Assembly: GCF_004010195.1 (NCBI RefSeq)
Contig: NC_057720.1
Span: 11,697,510 to 11,724,412, forward strand
Origin: Chiloscyllium plagiosum
Taxonomy: Eukaryota
Reading direction: 5' to 3'
Length of the DNA stretch: 26,903 nucleotides
The stretch's first letter is position 1. Every line of letters starts with the position of its first letter. Below, piece after piece: positions 11,012 through 21,186 of this stretch. The position numbers were made by a program, and so were the translations under genes. The notes under the pieces were generated by a model, which saw only the letters and a list, made by a program, of their open reading frames with translations, was not told the origin of the DNA and searched no databases.

Positions 11012-11147
11012 CTCGTAGCCGCGGTAGTCAACTTCAACATTGTCCCCATAGACATTCAGCTCCATGTTCTTGTGACTGAAGATAGTGGCAGGCTTGGGGT
11101 TTCGTGGGTTACACGCCATGTCATCAGCAAGCATCAGCACAATGTGA
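11012..11147 (-). CDS. PIGK: PIGK coding exon 4, (S)[45 protein letters not shown]
   Basis: 136 bp with acceptor ctcccag| and donor |gtcagg. Contains DDMAC, the Cys equivalent to human C92 that is disulfide-linked to PIGT (C97 in this model). Confidence 0.98.
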
Positions 11148-11239
11148 CTGGGAGATTGAGAAAAAATAGTTACCGTCAGTTCCTGAGATCAATTTACAGC
11201 AATTTGGACTCATTTACAGTCGACATATACAACAGGAAC

Positions 11240-11735
11240 ATCTGAGAGATAGATTTTTCTGTGTCACTGGAGAATTGTCTGCCACAGAAAATGGTTGAGG
11301 CGAAACACAATGTTTTCAAGGGGGAGTAAGACATAGCTCTCAGGGCTGAAGGGATCAAAGGATGACGGAAGTTGAGAAGAATCAAGGGGATCTCAGGAAC
11401 CTATAAAATTCTAATAGGAATAAACAGGAAAATGTTCCCGATGACCAGCACATCCAAAACCGGGGGGGGTCACAGGGTTAGAGTAGGACTGAGATGAGGA
11501 GAAGTTTCTTCACCCACAGAATGGTGGGCCTTTGGAATTGTCTGCACAGAAAGACGAGGCCAAAACTTTAAATGCTTTCAAGAAGGATTTAGGTATAGCT
11601 CTCAGAGCTAAAGGAATCAAAGAGTGTGAGGAGAAAGCAGGGATATGGGCACTGAGTTAGACGATCAGCCACGAATGGTGGGGCAGGTTCGAAGTGCTGA
11701 ATAAGCTACTCCTGTTCCTGTTTACTATGTTTCTG
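11240..11735 (+). mobile_element. Two adjacent CR1-like LINE 3' fragments
   Basis: GAATTGTCTG..CAGAAA...TTTTCAAG...ATAGCTCTCAG.GCT.AAGG.ATCAAAG occurs twice. Ends in CTACTCCTGTTCCTGTTTACTATGTTTCT. Confidence 0.7.
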
Positions 11736-12279
11736 GCATTGAGTGAACATGCAGAAACATTATTAAGACGAGAATTGAAGGGTATGCTCACATTTTCTAT
11801 CAAGGCACGCACATGAAGCAATGGTTATTTTGAGAGAGACTGTAGCACCCACATGAACCAAATCCTTCAGGGGAGAGATGGAGAGGAACTCAAAAGGGAG
11901 AAGACAGGATTAAAACTGACTTGGTTAAAAAAAATTTTGAAAGAAGTTAGATTTATTTCATGCTTTAACGCATCTCACAAGAGATCAATGAATGAATTAA
12001 TTAATTTTACCGCCACGTGGACTGAAATGAGTACAGTGAAAATTATACTGTCGTCGCATTATAGCGCCATCTTAGGTACTAAGATCAACTTCTTAGGAAA
12101 TAAAAAAAATTGGAAAAGTAAAGAAATACTGGAGTACAAGTAGTGCACCTACAAGGATTCCGGTTCACACTAGCTCATTATTGCAGCACATGTTCAAACA
12201 CCCAGTCCATTGTGACTTGAGCTCAAAGTTTAGGTCAGTAAATTAGTACTGCATCTTTCAGAGAACATGTTAAACTGAA

Positions 12280-12742
12280 TCCATTTAGAAGGATGGTGCC
12301 AGGGTTGGAGGGTGTGAGCTATAGGAAGATGCTGAATAGGCTGGGGTTATTTTCCCTGGAGCATCAGAGGCTGAGGGGTGACCTTATAGACATTTTTAAA
12401 ATTATGGATAGGGAGAACACCCAAGGTCTTTTCCCCAGGGCAAGGGAATCCAGAACTACAGGACATGGGTTTAAGGTGAGAGGGGAAAGGCTTAAAAGGG
12501 ACCAAGGGGCAACGTTTTCACAGAGAGGGTGGTGTATGCATGGAATGAGCTGCCAGAGGAAGTGGAGGAGGCTGGTACAATTACATTTAAAGAGCATCTG
12601 CGTGGGTACATGAATAGGAAGGGTTTAGAGGGATATGGGCCAAATGCTGACAAAAAAGTCTAGATTAATTAAGGATATCTGATAAACATGGACAAGTTGG
12701 ACCAAAGGATCTTTTTCCGTGTTGTACAGCTCTATGACTCTT
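12280..12742 (+). mobile_element. HER1/CR1-like LINE 3' fragment
   Basis: LNRLGLFSLEHQRLRGDLIDIFKIM...ESRTTGHGFKVRGE plus 3' UTR ending CTCTATGACTCT. Confidence 0.9.
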
Positions 12743-12744
12743 TT

Positions 12745-12944
12745 ACACAGACGTTAAAAATCCCATGGTACAGTTTCAGAGAGGTCTTCTCCTTGGTTCC
12801 CTGCTTATTATACATCCCTCAACCAAAATGACAGTAACAGATTATCTGCTTGTATATCTCTGATTTTCTGAGCTTGCTATGTGCAAACCAAGAGCCTTGC
12901 TTCATATATTATAGCAGTGGACAGGCTTCAAACCTACTTCATTG
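12745..12944 (+). mobile_element. DeuSINE-like fragment, interrupted by a Penelope element
   Basis: GACGTTAAAAATCCCATGG...ATCCCTCAACC...GAGCTTGCTATGTGCAAA...CTACTTCATTG. Confidence 0.6.
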
Positions 12945-13638
12945 ATGAGTTTTGAGGAGATTTGAAGCTCAGGTTGAGGTTCTGGATGTAGGTTTGCTCG
13001 CGAGCTGGATGGTTCATTTTCAGACGTTTCATCACCATACTAGGCCGCATCATCAGTGAGCCTCCAGATGAAGCATTGGTGGCATTGCCCGCTTTCTATT
13101 TAGTGTTTAGGTTTCCTTGGGTCGGTGATGTCATTTCCTCTGGTGACATTATTTCCTGTTCTTTTTCTCAGGGGATGGTAAATGGGATACAAGGCAATGT
13201 TGATAGAGTTCCACTTGGAATGTCATGCTTCTAGGAATTCTCGTTGTCTCTGTTTGACTTGTCCTACAATTGATGTGTTATCCCAGTCGAAGTGGTGTCC
13301 TTCCTCATCTGTATGAAAGGAAACTAGTGATAGAGGGTCATGTCTTTTTGTGGCTAGTTGATGTTCATGTATCCTGGTGGCTAGTTTTCTGCCTGGTTGT
13401 CCAATGTAGTGCTTTTACAGTTCTTGCAAGGTATTTTGTAGATGACATTAGTTTTGCTTGTTGTCTGTATAGGGTCCTTCAAGGTCATTAGCTGCTGTTT
13501 TAGTGTGTTGGTGGGTTTACGGGCTACGATGATGCCAAGAGGTCTAGACTACTCAGACTTTTGGCATCATGGTAGCCCACAAACAGCAAACCTACATCCA
13601 GAACCTCAACCTGAGCTACAAATCTTCTCCAAACTCAG
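12945..13638 (-). mobile_element. Penelope-like element family C (GIY-YIG endonuclease remnant) with inverted termini
   Basis: Minus strand reads DPIQTTSKTNVIYKIPCKNC..HYIGQPGRKLATRIHEH...EGHHFDWDN. Termini 12945-12997 / 13587-13638 are inverted. Hammerhead motif at 13020-13059 (-). Confidence 0.88.
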
Positions 13639-13839
13639 TGAAGCTCTGTAGAAGATGTGATAAAGAGAGAAATTAGACAGAGCTGTAAATACACTGCGCT
13701 ACCCACTATTGCTGTTTATCTTGTTTCTGTTTACTAATCAGATTTGCTTGGATTCGGAGGAAAGAATGAATTTGCACTAATATAGTGCCTTTAGGCACTT
13801 CTGGATATCCCAAAATGGCATTGCAATCAATGAAGTAGT

Positions 13840-14581
13840 GGATGTAGGTTTGCTTGCTGAGCTGGAAAGTTCGTTTTCAGACGTTTCGTCACCATACTGG
13901 GTAACATCATCAGTGAGCCTCCGGATGAAGCACTGGTGGCATGGCCCGCTTTCTATTTGTGTTTAGGTTTCCTTGGGTTGGTGATGTCATTTCCTGTGGT
14001 GGCATCATTTTCTGTGGTGATGTCATCATTTTCTGTGGTGATGTCATTTCCGATTCTTTCTCTCAGGGGGTGATAAATGCGATCCAAGTCAATGTGATGG
14101 TTGATAGAGTTCCGGTTAGAATGCCAACCTTCTAGGAATTCTCGTGTGTGTCTCTGTTTGGCTTGTCCTCGGTTGGATGTGTTGTCCCAGTCGAAGTGGT
14201 GTCCATCCTCATATGTATGAAAAGATACTAGTGACAGAGGGTCAAGTCTTTTCGTGGCTTGTTGATGTTCATGTATCCTGGTGGCGAGTTTTCTGTCTGT
14301 TTGCCCAATGTAGTGCTTTTACAGTTCTTGCAAGGTATTTTGTAGATGACATTAGTTTTGCTTGTTGTCATTTCCAATGCTGGTGATGTCATTTCCTGTT
14401 CTGTTTCTCACAGAGAAATAATGGGAAATGACATCACCAACCCAAGGAAACCTAAACACATAAATAGAAAACAGGCCATAATACCATTGTTTCACCAGAT
14501 GCTCACTGATGATGTTACCTACTGTGGTGACAAAACATCTGAAAACGAACCTTCCAGCTCAGCGAGCAAATTTACATCCAG
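13840..14581 (-). mobile_element. Penelope-like element family C, second copy, with inverted 3' end
   Basis: Same GIY-YIG remnant (14200-14365, minus). Segment 14421-14581 is the reverse complement of 13840-13995. Short GGTGATGTCAT.T.CTGT tandem at 13980-14050. Confidence 0.88.
13877..13916 (-). ncRNA. Minimal type I hammerhead ribozyme motif, apparently intact (family C PLE)
   Basis: UCA-CUGAUGA-U-GUUACC-CAGUAU-GGUGAC-GAAAC-GUC^UGA: stem I UCA/UGA, 6-bp stem II and palindromic ACGU stem III. Confidence 0.8.
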
Positions 14582-14617
14582 GCTTCACTAAGGCAAGCAG
14601 CGCATGAAATTCCTTAC

Positions 14618-14709
14618 CTGTCTGGGATTCCCAGTCTCTTGACACTCCTATAAATTGACAGTGTATTGGCAACATGGCGATAGTTGAACCAGAATCGGGA
14701 TGTGCACAC
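14618..14709 (-). CDS. PIGK: PIGK coding exon 3, [30 protein letters not shown](S)
   Basis: 92 bp with acceptor cctcag| and donor |gtaagg. Hallmark [10 protein letters not shown] motif of Gpi8/PIGK. Confidence 0.98.
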
Positions 14710-15454
14710 CTGAGGTGCAAAAAGAAAACAGAACAATTAACAGCACAACACAGATACCCAGCCAGATCTGACAAGGGGCAAAATCGTATTGCAGCAAATT
14801 CCTCTCAGAGTCAAATTACCACCAAGAGATTTACAGCATGGGATGTTGCAAATAACAGCTGGATGAAGCATCCTAATCAGGTTATTGTCCAGTGTTCGAA
14901 CATTTCTTTAATCAATACCTCTCCCCACATCAGGGATTCAGAAGCTGACTCTGAGCCAGTATATAGGCAGCTTTACACCTCAGGTTGCTAGATAACACCT
15001 GAACTGCAAACACTTAACACAGCAATATAAAGGGAGCTTAATGCCTCCTCAGACTATCCCCTCACCAGAATGAATAGGACTGGAAAGAGACATTTCCTTT
15101 TCATCAAACCATTATGGTTGAATAGACAGGAGGTCAGATAACCCTCCAATCTCCAGTATTAGCATGTCATCTCATTCAACAACCTGCATTCATATAACAC
15201 CTTGACCACAATAAAATGTTGTTAAGCTTTACAAAGAGGTAGCAAACAACATTTGACATCAAGACATGCATAAGACAGATATTGCTCCATTCACAGGATG
15301 CCAGTATCAATGAGAAGGCCAGGGATTATTCCCAATCCCTGACAGTGCTTGAGGATGCAGTGGTCAGCCGCCTTTGTGAAGAGCTGCAGCCCATGTGCTA
15401 AGTACACAGAGGGAATCCCAGGCTTTTCACCATGCGATAGGTACAGAAAGGTGA

Positions 15455-15654
15455 CAGAGGTTATTCTGCTGTAACACGCGTTCCGTCAGCATGATTTGGC
15501 TGTAACGCAATTGACAAATTGTGGACATTGTTTGGATAACATGAACTTTCTACTAGTGATCTTCTACAGCCCGATTTTCTATAGAAGTTTCCCAATTTTC
15601 TTTAGCGTGGTGTTGAAGAGGAACGCAACTGTTGCATTAGAGCAGAACACCCTG
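15455..15654. mobile_element. Putative Tc1/mariner (Tigger/pogo-type) MITE
   Basis: Imperfect terminal inverted repeats CAGAGGTTATTCTGCTGTAA / TTAGAGCAGAACACCCTG followed by TA. The left TA is not preserved. Confidence 0.45.
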
Positions 15655-15726
15655 TACAGTTAGAAGGGTTGAGAGTGTGGCTCTGGAAAAGCGCAGCAGG
15701 TCAGGCAACATCCGAGGAGCAGGAGA

Positions 15727-15760
15727 ATCAACGTTTCAGGCATAAGCCCTTCATCAGGAA
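15727..15760 (-). ncRNA. Minimal hammerhead motif (family B PLE), weak stem I
   Basis: UUC-CUGAUGA-A-GGGC-UUAU-GCCU-GAAAC-GUU-GAU. Confidence 0.6.
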
Positions 15761-16256
15761 TGAGGCTTGTGGGTTGAGGCTGAGAGATAAATGGGAGGGA
15801 GGTGGGGTTGGCAGGAAGTAGCTGGGAAAGTGATAGGTGGATAAAGGTGAAGTAGAAGGTGATAGGTCAGAGGGGGCAGTGATGGATGGGTCCGGAGGGC
15901 AGTGCCGAGTTGGAGGCTTGGGACTGGGATAATGTGGGGGGAGGGGAAATGAGGAAGTTGTTGAAATCCACATTTATCCCGTGTCGTTGCAGGGTCCCAA
16001 GGCGGAATATGAGGCATTCTTCCTCCAGGCGTCAGGTGGCAATGGTTTGGCAGTGGACGAGGCCCAGAACTGCATATCTTTGACCTAATGGGAGGGGAAG
16101 CTGAAGTGTTCGGCCACAAGGTGGTGAGGTTGATGAGTGCAGGTGTCCCAGAGATGTTCTCTGAAATGATCCACAAGAAGGCGTCCTGTCTCCCCGATGT
16201 AGAGGAGACCACACCAGGTGCAATGGATGCAGTTGATGAATTGGTAGAGGTGAGGT

Positions 16257-17400
16257 GCCAGAAGACTGGAGGTTGGTTAACATGGTGCCACTGTTTAAGA
16301 AGGGTGGTCAGGACAACCCAGGGAACTATAGACCAGTGAGCCTGCCCTCGCTGGTGGGCAAGTTGTTGGAGGGAATCCTGAGGGACAGGATGTACATGTA
16401 TTTGGAAAGGTGAGGACTGATTAGGGATAGTCAACATGGCCTTGTGCTTGAGAAATCATATCTCACAAACTTGATTGAGTTTTTTGAAGAAGTAACAAAG
16501 AGGATTGATGAGGGCAGAGCGGTAGATGTGATCTATATGGACTTCAGTAAGGCATTCAACAAGGTTCCCCATGGGAGACGGATGAGCAAGGTTAGATCTC
16601 ACGGAATATAGGGAGAACTAGCCATTTGGATACAGAATTGGCTCAAAGGTAGAAGACAGAGGGTAGTGGTGGAGGGTTGTTTTTCAGACTGGAGGCCTGT
16701 GACCAGTGGAGTGCCACAAGGATCGGTGCTGGGCCCTCTACTTTTTGTCATTTACATAAATGATTTGGATGTGAGCATAAGAGGTACAGTTAGTAAGTTT
16801 GCAGATGACACCAAAATTGGAGGTGTAGTGGACAGTGAAGAGGGTTACCTCAGATTACAACAGGATCTTGACCAGATGGGCCAATGGGCTGAGAAGTGGC
16901 AGATGGAGTTTATTTCAGATAAATGCGAGGTGCTGCATTTTGGGAAAGCAAATCTTAGCAGGACTTACACAGTTAATGGTAAGGTCCTAGGGAGTGTTGC
17001 TGAACAAGGAGACTTTGGAGTGCAGGTTCAGAGCTCCAAAGACTGAGGGGTGACCTTATAGAGGTTTACAAAATTATGAGGGGCATGGATAGGATAAATA
17101 GACAAAGTCGTTTCCCTGGGGTTGGGAAGTCCAGAACTAGAGGACATAGGTTTTGGGTGAGAGGGGAAAGATATAAAAGAGACCTAAGGGGCAACTTTTT
17201 CACACAGAGGATAGTACGTGTATGGAATGAGCTGCGCGAGGATATGGTGGAGGCTGGTACAATTGCAACATTTAAGAGGCATTTGGATGAGTATATGAAT
17301 AGGACGGGATTGGAGGGATATGGGCCGGGTGCTGGCAGGTGGGACTAGATTGGGTTGGACCGAAGGGTCAGTTTCCATGCTGTATATCTCTATGATTCTA
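16257..17400 (+). mobile_element. HER1/CR1-like LINE (RT domain) inserted in the Penelope element, with an internal deletion at about 17037
   Basis: PEDWR, PGNYRPVSL, SGVPQGSVLGPLLF and SKFADDTK. Jumps from VQVQSS directly to RLRGDLIE. Flanked by TGAGGT (16251-16256 / 17401-17406). Confidence 0.93.
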
Positions 17401-17912
17401 TGAGGTACAGGTAAATTTCTGATAGATGTGGAAGGATCCTTTGGGGCCTTGGATGGAGCGGAGTGAAGTGGTGTGGGCGCAGGTTTTGCACTTCCTGTAG
17501 TGGCAGGGAAAGCTGCCAGGAGTGGAGTGTTGGCTGGTGGGGGGTGTGGACCTGATGAGGGAGTCGCGGAGGGAATGGTCTTTTCAGAACGCTGATAGGG
17601 GTGGGGAGGGAAATATATCCTTGGTGGTGGGGTCCATTTGGAGGTAGCGGAAGTGGCGGAGGATGATGCGATGTATGCGGAGGTTGTTGGGGTGGAAGGT
17701 GACGACCAGGGAGTTCTGTCCTTGTTGCGTTAGGAGGGGTGCATAAAGTGGTGCATAAAGTGGAGGAGATACACTGGAGGGCATCGTCAACCACGTGGGA
17801 AGGGAAGTTGCAATCATGGAAGGAGGCAGTCATCTGTGACTTTAAGGTGGAATTGGTCATCCTGGTAACAAATACAGCAGAGGCAGAGGAATTGGGAATT
17901 TGGATTTCAACA

Positions 17913-18094
17913 GCTTCCTCATTTCCCCTCTCCCCACATTATCCCAGTTCCAAGCCTCCAACTCAGCACCACCCTCCGGACCCGTCCATCATTGTCCTCT
18001 CTGGCTTCCTCATTTCCCCTCTCCCCACATTATCCCAGTTCCAAGCCTCCAACTCAGCACCACCCTCCGGACCCGTCCATCATTGTCCCCTCTG
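17913..18094 (+). repeat. 91-bp tandem duplication inside the Penelope inverted arm
   Basis: 17913-18003 and 18004-18094 differ at one position. Confidence 0.92.
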
Positions 18095-18610
18095 ACCTAT
18101 CACCTGCTCCATCACCTTCATCTACTTATCACTTTCCCAGCTACCTGCCCCCACAAACCCACTCCCCTCCCATTTATCTCTCAGCCCCGACCCACAAGCC
18201 TCATTCCTAATGAAGGAATTATGGTCGAAACGTCGATTCTCCTGCTCCTCGGATGCTGCTTGACCTGCTGTGTTTTTCCAGCACCACACTCTCGACTCTG
18301 ATCTCCAGCATCTGTAGTCCTCACTTTCTCCCTGTACCATTATAAGTCAAGATGGTGTAGGGCTTGGAGAGACATTTGCAGGTTGCAGTGTTTGGCAGGA
18401 GCAAGAAACTGGAGATGTATAAAAGGCCAGAATTGGAAGAGTACAGAGTTATCAAGGAGCTGCAAGGTTGCAGGATGTTGCAGACATGAACAGGAGGCAA
18501 CTTCAATCACGCACTTTGAGAAATTTGGAATCAAACTCAAGGCTGTCAAGCTATTAGGACACGCACTATCGACACTGCTGAGAATTTTCCAATAGCTTAT
18601 CAAATCTCAC

Positions 18611-18664
18611 CAGCACAGCCCAATTGTTCGTGTGACCGCTTCTCAAGAACTGCTTTACTCGAGT
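18611..18664 (-). CDS. PIGK: PIGK coding exon 2, TRVKQFLRSGHTNNWAVL
   Basis: 54 bp with acceptor ttttgatcatacag| and donor |gtgaga. HTNNWAVL is the recognisable N-terminal motif of Gpi8/PIGK. Confidence 0.96.
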
Positions 18665-19029
18665 CTGTATGATCAAAAGAAAAGTTATTCAGAATTCAAT
18701 TCCAAACTGAAAGCTGAACAGTGCTTGCAATTTTTTTGCTTCTGTTTATCTTTGTAATTGTTTCTCACAATCAAATATGCATATTTAAACAACATCATTT
18801 AAAACCTCAGAAGTTATTTTCATTTAGGTTTCAGAGGAGCCTGAAGTGTACAGTTCAGTGATTCCCCAGAAAGTGAAGAACAGGCTGCACTGAGAAGGTT
18901 TCAGTATTTTGTCTCAGATGTTTAGCTTCGTGAGCAAGACTCTACTGGAAGCATCAGGCTATTCAACAGTAGAGGGATTGTAGGAGTGAAGAGATAGCAA
19001 CAGACACTTTTACTGCATCTCCTGTACAC

Positions 19030-19530
19030 TGGGCACAGGCAGACAGAGAGGTTAGTACACACACAGGTACAAAGAGACAGACAGATGTGCCTGCGTGCAC
19101 ACATAGAGACAGTAAAATACATAGTGACATTCTGGTGATATCACTGGACTCGCAAACAATAGTCCCAGGTTAATGCTTTGGGGGTGTGAGTTCAGATCCC
19201 ACAATGACAGCCAGTGAAATTTAAACTCAATTAATTAAACAAAAAAATTGGGAGAATAAAGCAGAGTACAATGACATTGACTATGAGAGAATCAATTTCT
19301 GCATAAACCAACTTGATTCACAAATGGGCAGAGAGAGTGTGACACAGACAGAGTCTGTGTAACACAGACAGGAGAGTGATTTAGGCAGAGAATGAGGCAG
19401 GCAGAAAGAGAGGGAGAGAGAGAGTAACAGACATGTGCATACACAGGCAGAGAAAAAGAATACACAAAAAGGCAGCAAGAGAAACAAACACAAACAAAAA
19501 TATTCAAATACACCCAGGCAGACAGGCACA
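19030..19530. repeat. Degenerate AG/AC-rich simple-sequence tracts around a SINE head fragment (19130-19260)
   Basis: Runs of (GA)n, (CA)n and GACA at 19030-19120 and 19325-19530. Confidence 0.6.
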
Positions 19531-20114
19531 CTGACAATTCCAGGCACTCTCTTCTCCTTGGTTAGCAATCAGGAGATTTCCTTATTGATTTCTCTTTCTA
19601 ATTTGAGGGAGTCAGTGAGATGACACTTCTCTCGCTGTCGGACTCAGCTAATCACAACCAACACCAGCCACTCCTTCAGGAAGCCTCCTTGACTTTTTAA
19701 ATTTAACATTCCCTTCTGCGTTGAGTAGCCTATCATTAATGTCAATGAGTAGGCCAGGGCACTTACAGACACTTCAGGGTTATCCGAATCGTACCATCTG
19801 GTGGTGTCGGACTGAAGTAACTCAGGAGGGATTCCAAACCAGCAGCTTTGTTTCCTTCAACACTTGATTGAAATGAACTGAAGACTCAGCTTCCAAACTA
19901 ACAGGATGCAGCCACTCAGGTCATGATGAGCCCTTAGCAATGCCAGACCTTTTGGTCAGGAAGCTTACAGTGCTGAAAGGCTAGGCTGCACCTAGAGAAG
20001 GGAGTGATTAAAAGCACTTCTTTAGGGTGGATGTTGCTGGGACTTGAACTTGATAAAGGTATTATATTCAGCAACAAACACAGGACTCAGTTTGCCTTGG
20101 TAATTCAAATTGAG

Positions 20115-20351
20115 AGCTGAAAATGTGTTGCTGGAAAAGCGCAGCAGGTCAGGCAGCATCCAAGGAACAGAAGAATCGACGTTTCGGGCATAAGCCCTTC
20201 TTCAGGATTCCTACACCAGGATTCCTGAAGAAGGGCTTATGCCCGAAACATCGATTCTCCTGTTCCTTGGATGCTGCCTGACCTGCTGCGCTTTTCCAGC
20301 AACACATTTTCAGCTCTGATCTCCAGCATCTGCAGTCCTCACTTTCTCCCC
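20115..20351. mobile_element. Penelope-type hairpin element (family B termini only)
   Basis: About 95-bp near-perfect inverted arms (20113-20207 / 20224-20317), a 34-nt tail and a 14-bp TSD TAATTCAAATTGAG (20101-20114 / 20352-20365). Arms match the ends of the 15668-18333 PLE. Confidence 0.9.
20173..20210 (-). ncRNA. Minimal type I hammerhead ribozyme motif, apparently intact (family B)
   Basis: GAAUC-CUGAAGA-A-GGGC-UUAU-GCCC-GAAAC-GUC^GAUUC: perfect 5-bp stem I, 4-bp stem II and ACGU palindrome. Confidence 0.8.
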
Positions 20352-20903
20352 TAATTCAAATTGAGCTGATGCTTTAAAATATAAATTTCCATTTGTATGT
20401 GAAATGGTCTACAAATGAAAAGGAAGAAAGGCTTGTATTTGTATAGCCAGACACTTCAAACTACATCCTAATGAATGAAGTGGACTCCCTCAGTATTACA
20501 CTGGAATGGTTGTAATGCTAAAAGATTCATTGGGATATCTCTCTGGACATTAATGTAATATTAAAGGGTTAAACTGCACTGACAGAACATTCTGGAAGTG
20601 GGTAGGGACAACATTCAAGAAGGAATGCAAATGACCCCCCACTCCAATTAGACAGTCGTTTGCTACCACTCTCCCTATTATTATCAAATAAAACTATAAT
20701 TTCATCTCTTCCATTCAGAAATGCTTTCTAGCCATCCCCTGAAGCTAGATGTGTCACACCAACATTGTCTTGGGGAATCACTGAGTCAGGAAATTGCCTG
20801 CATTATGATTCCCCAGGATTAGGGCATTCACATTTGTATTATCACCAAGGATGACCTCATCCGACCATTGTACCTGGGCTAACATGGGACTGTGATGGAG
20901 TGA

Positions 20904-20941
20904 TGGTGGTGGTGGTGGTGGTGGTGGGGGGGTGTGGTGGT
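20904..20941 (+). repeat. (GGT)n microsatellite with G-run
   Basis: About 7 perfect GGT units followed by G7 and further GGT. Confidence 0.9.
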
Positions 20942-21186
20942 TGTCTTGTGTGGTATGTGACTGTGGGGGAGCAGCCAGAGTATCTGTGAGCATGACCAAC
21001 CGACCTCTATAAATGGAATGTGTTTTCTTTGTTCAGAGCCACTTTTGACTCAACCTTGTACGCCTGCGTGGAAGGTCAAAGGGGGTCACCTAGCTTGTAC
21101 AAGCTTTAATAAACTTTAACTGTTCACACAAGTTGGTGTGTGCAAATTGCATTGCGTGTGTGAAACCTCGGGAAAAGAACCTAGCA
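20942..21186 (+). mobile_element. Possible LTR (solo or 5' LTR remnant)
   Basis: TG...CA ends, TATAAA at 21008, AATAAA at 21108, and TGGT on both sides. The left boundary lies in low-complexity sequence. Confidence 0.35.

Larger units (their letters stand above)
15668..18333 (-). mobile_element. Penelope-like element family B, 5'-truncated with inversion, interrupted by a CR1 LINE
   Basis: Minus-strand remnants LVVTFHPNNLRIHRIILRHF...FPCHYRKCKTCAH...KFTCTS (17895-17403) and FINCIHCTWCGLLYIGETGR...DHFREH (GIY-YIG, 16245-16140). Orientation flips at about 17900, and 17900-18290 mirrors 15668-15970. A 3' tail runs to 18333. Confidence 0.9.

Noticed and set aside
12050..12090. CTCF-like GCGCCATCT with a 7-bp hairpin ATCTTAG/CTAAGAT
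   Set aside because: Only a partial motif match, expected by chance in 27 kb.
15754..16437. 227-aa minus-strand ORF
   Set aside because: Chimera of antisense CR1 sequence and off-frame Penelope endonuclease sequence; not a functional gene.
20115..20351. miRNA precursor, intrinsic terminator or DNA-transposon MITE
   Set aside because: The arms match the termini of a GIY-YIG-bearing PLE and have a one-sided tail and long variable TSDs. Small-RNA production cannot be judged from sequence alone.
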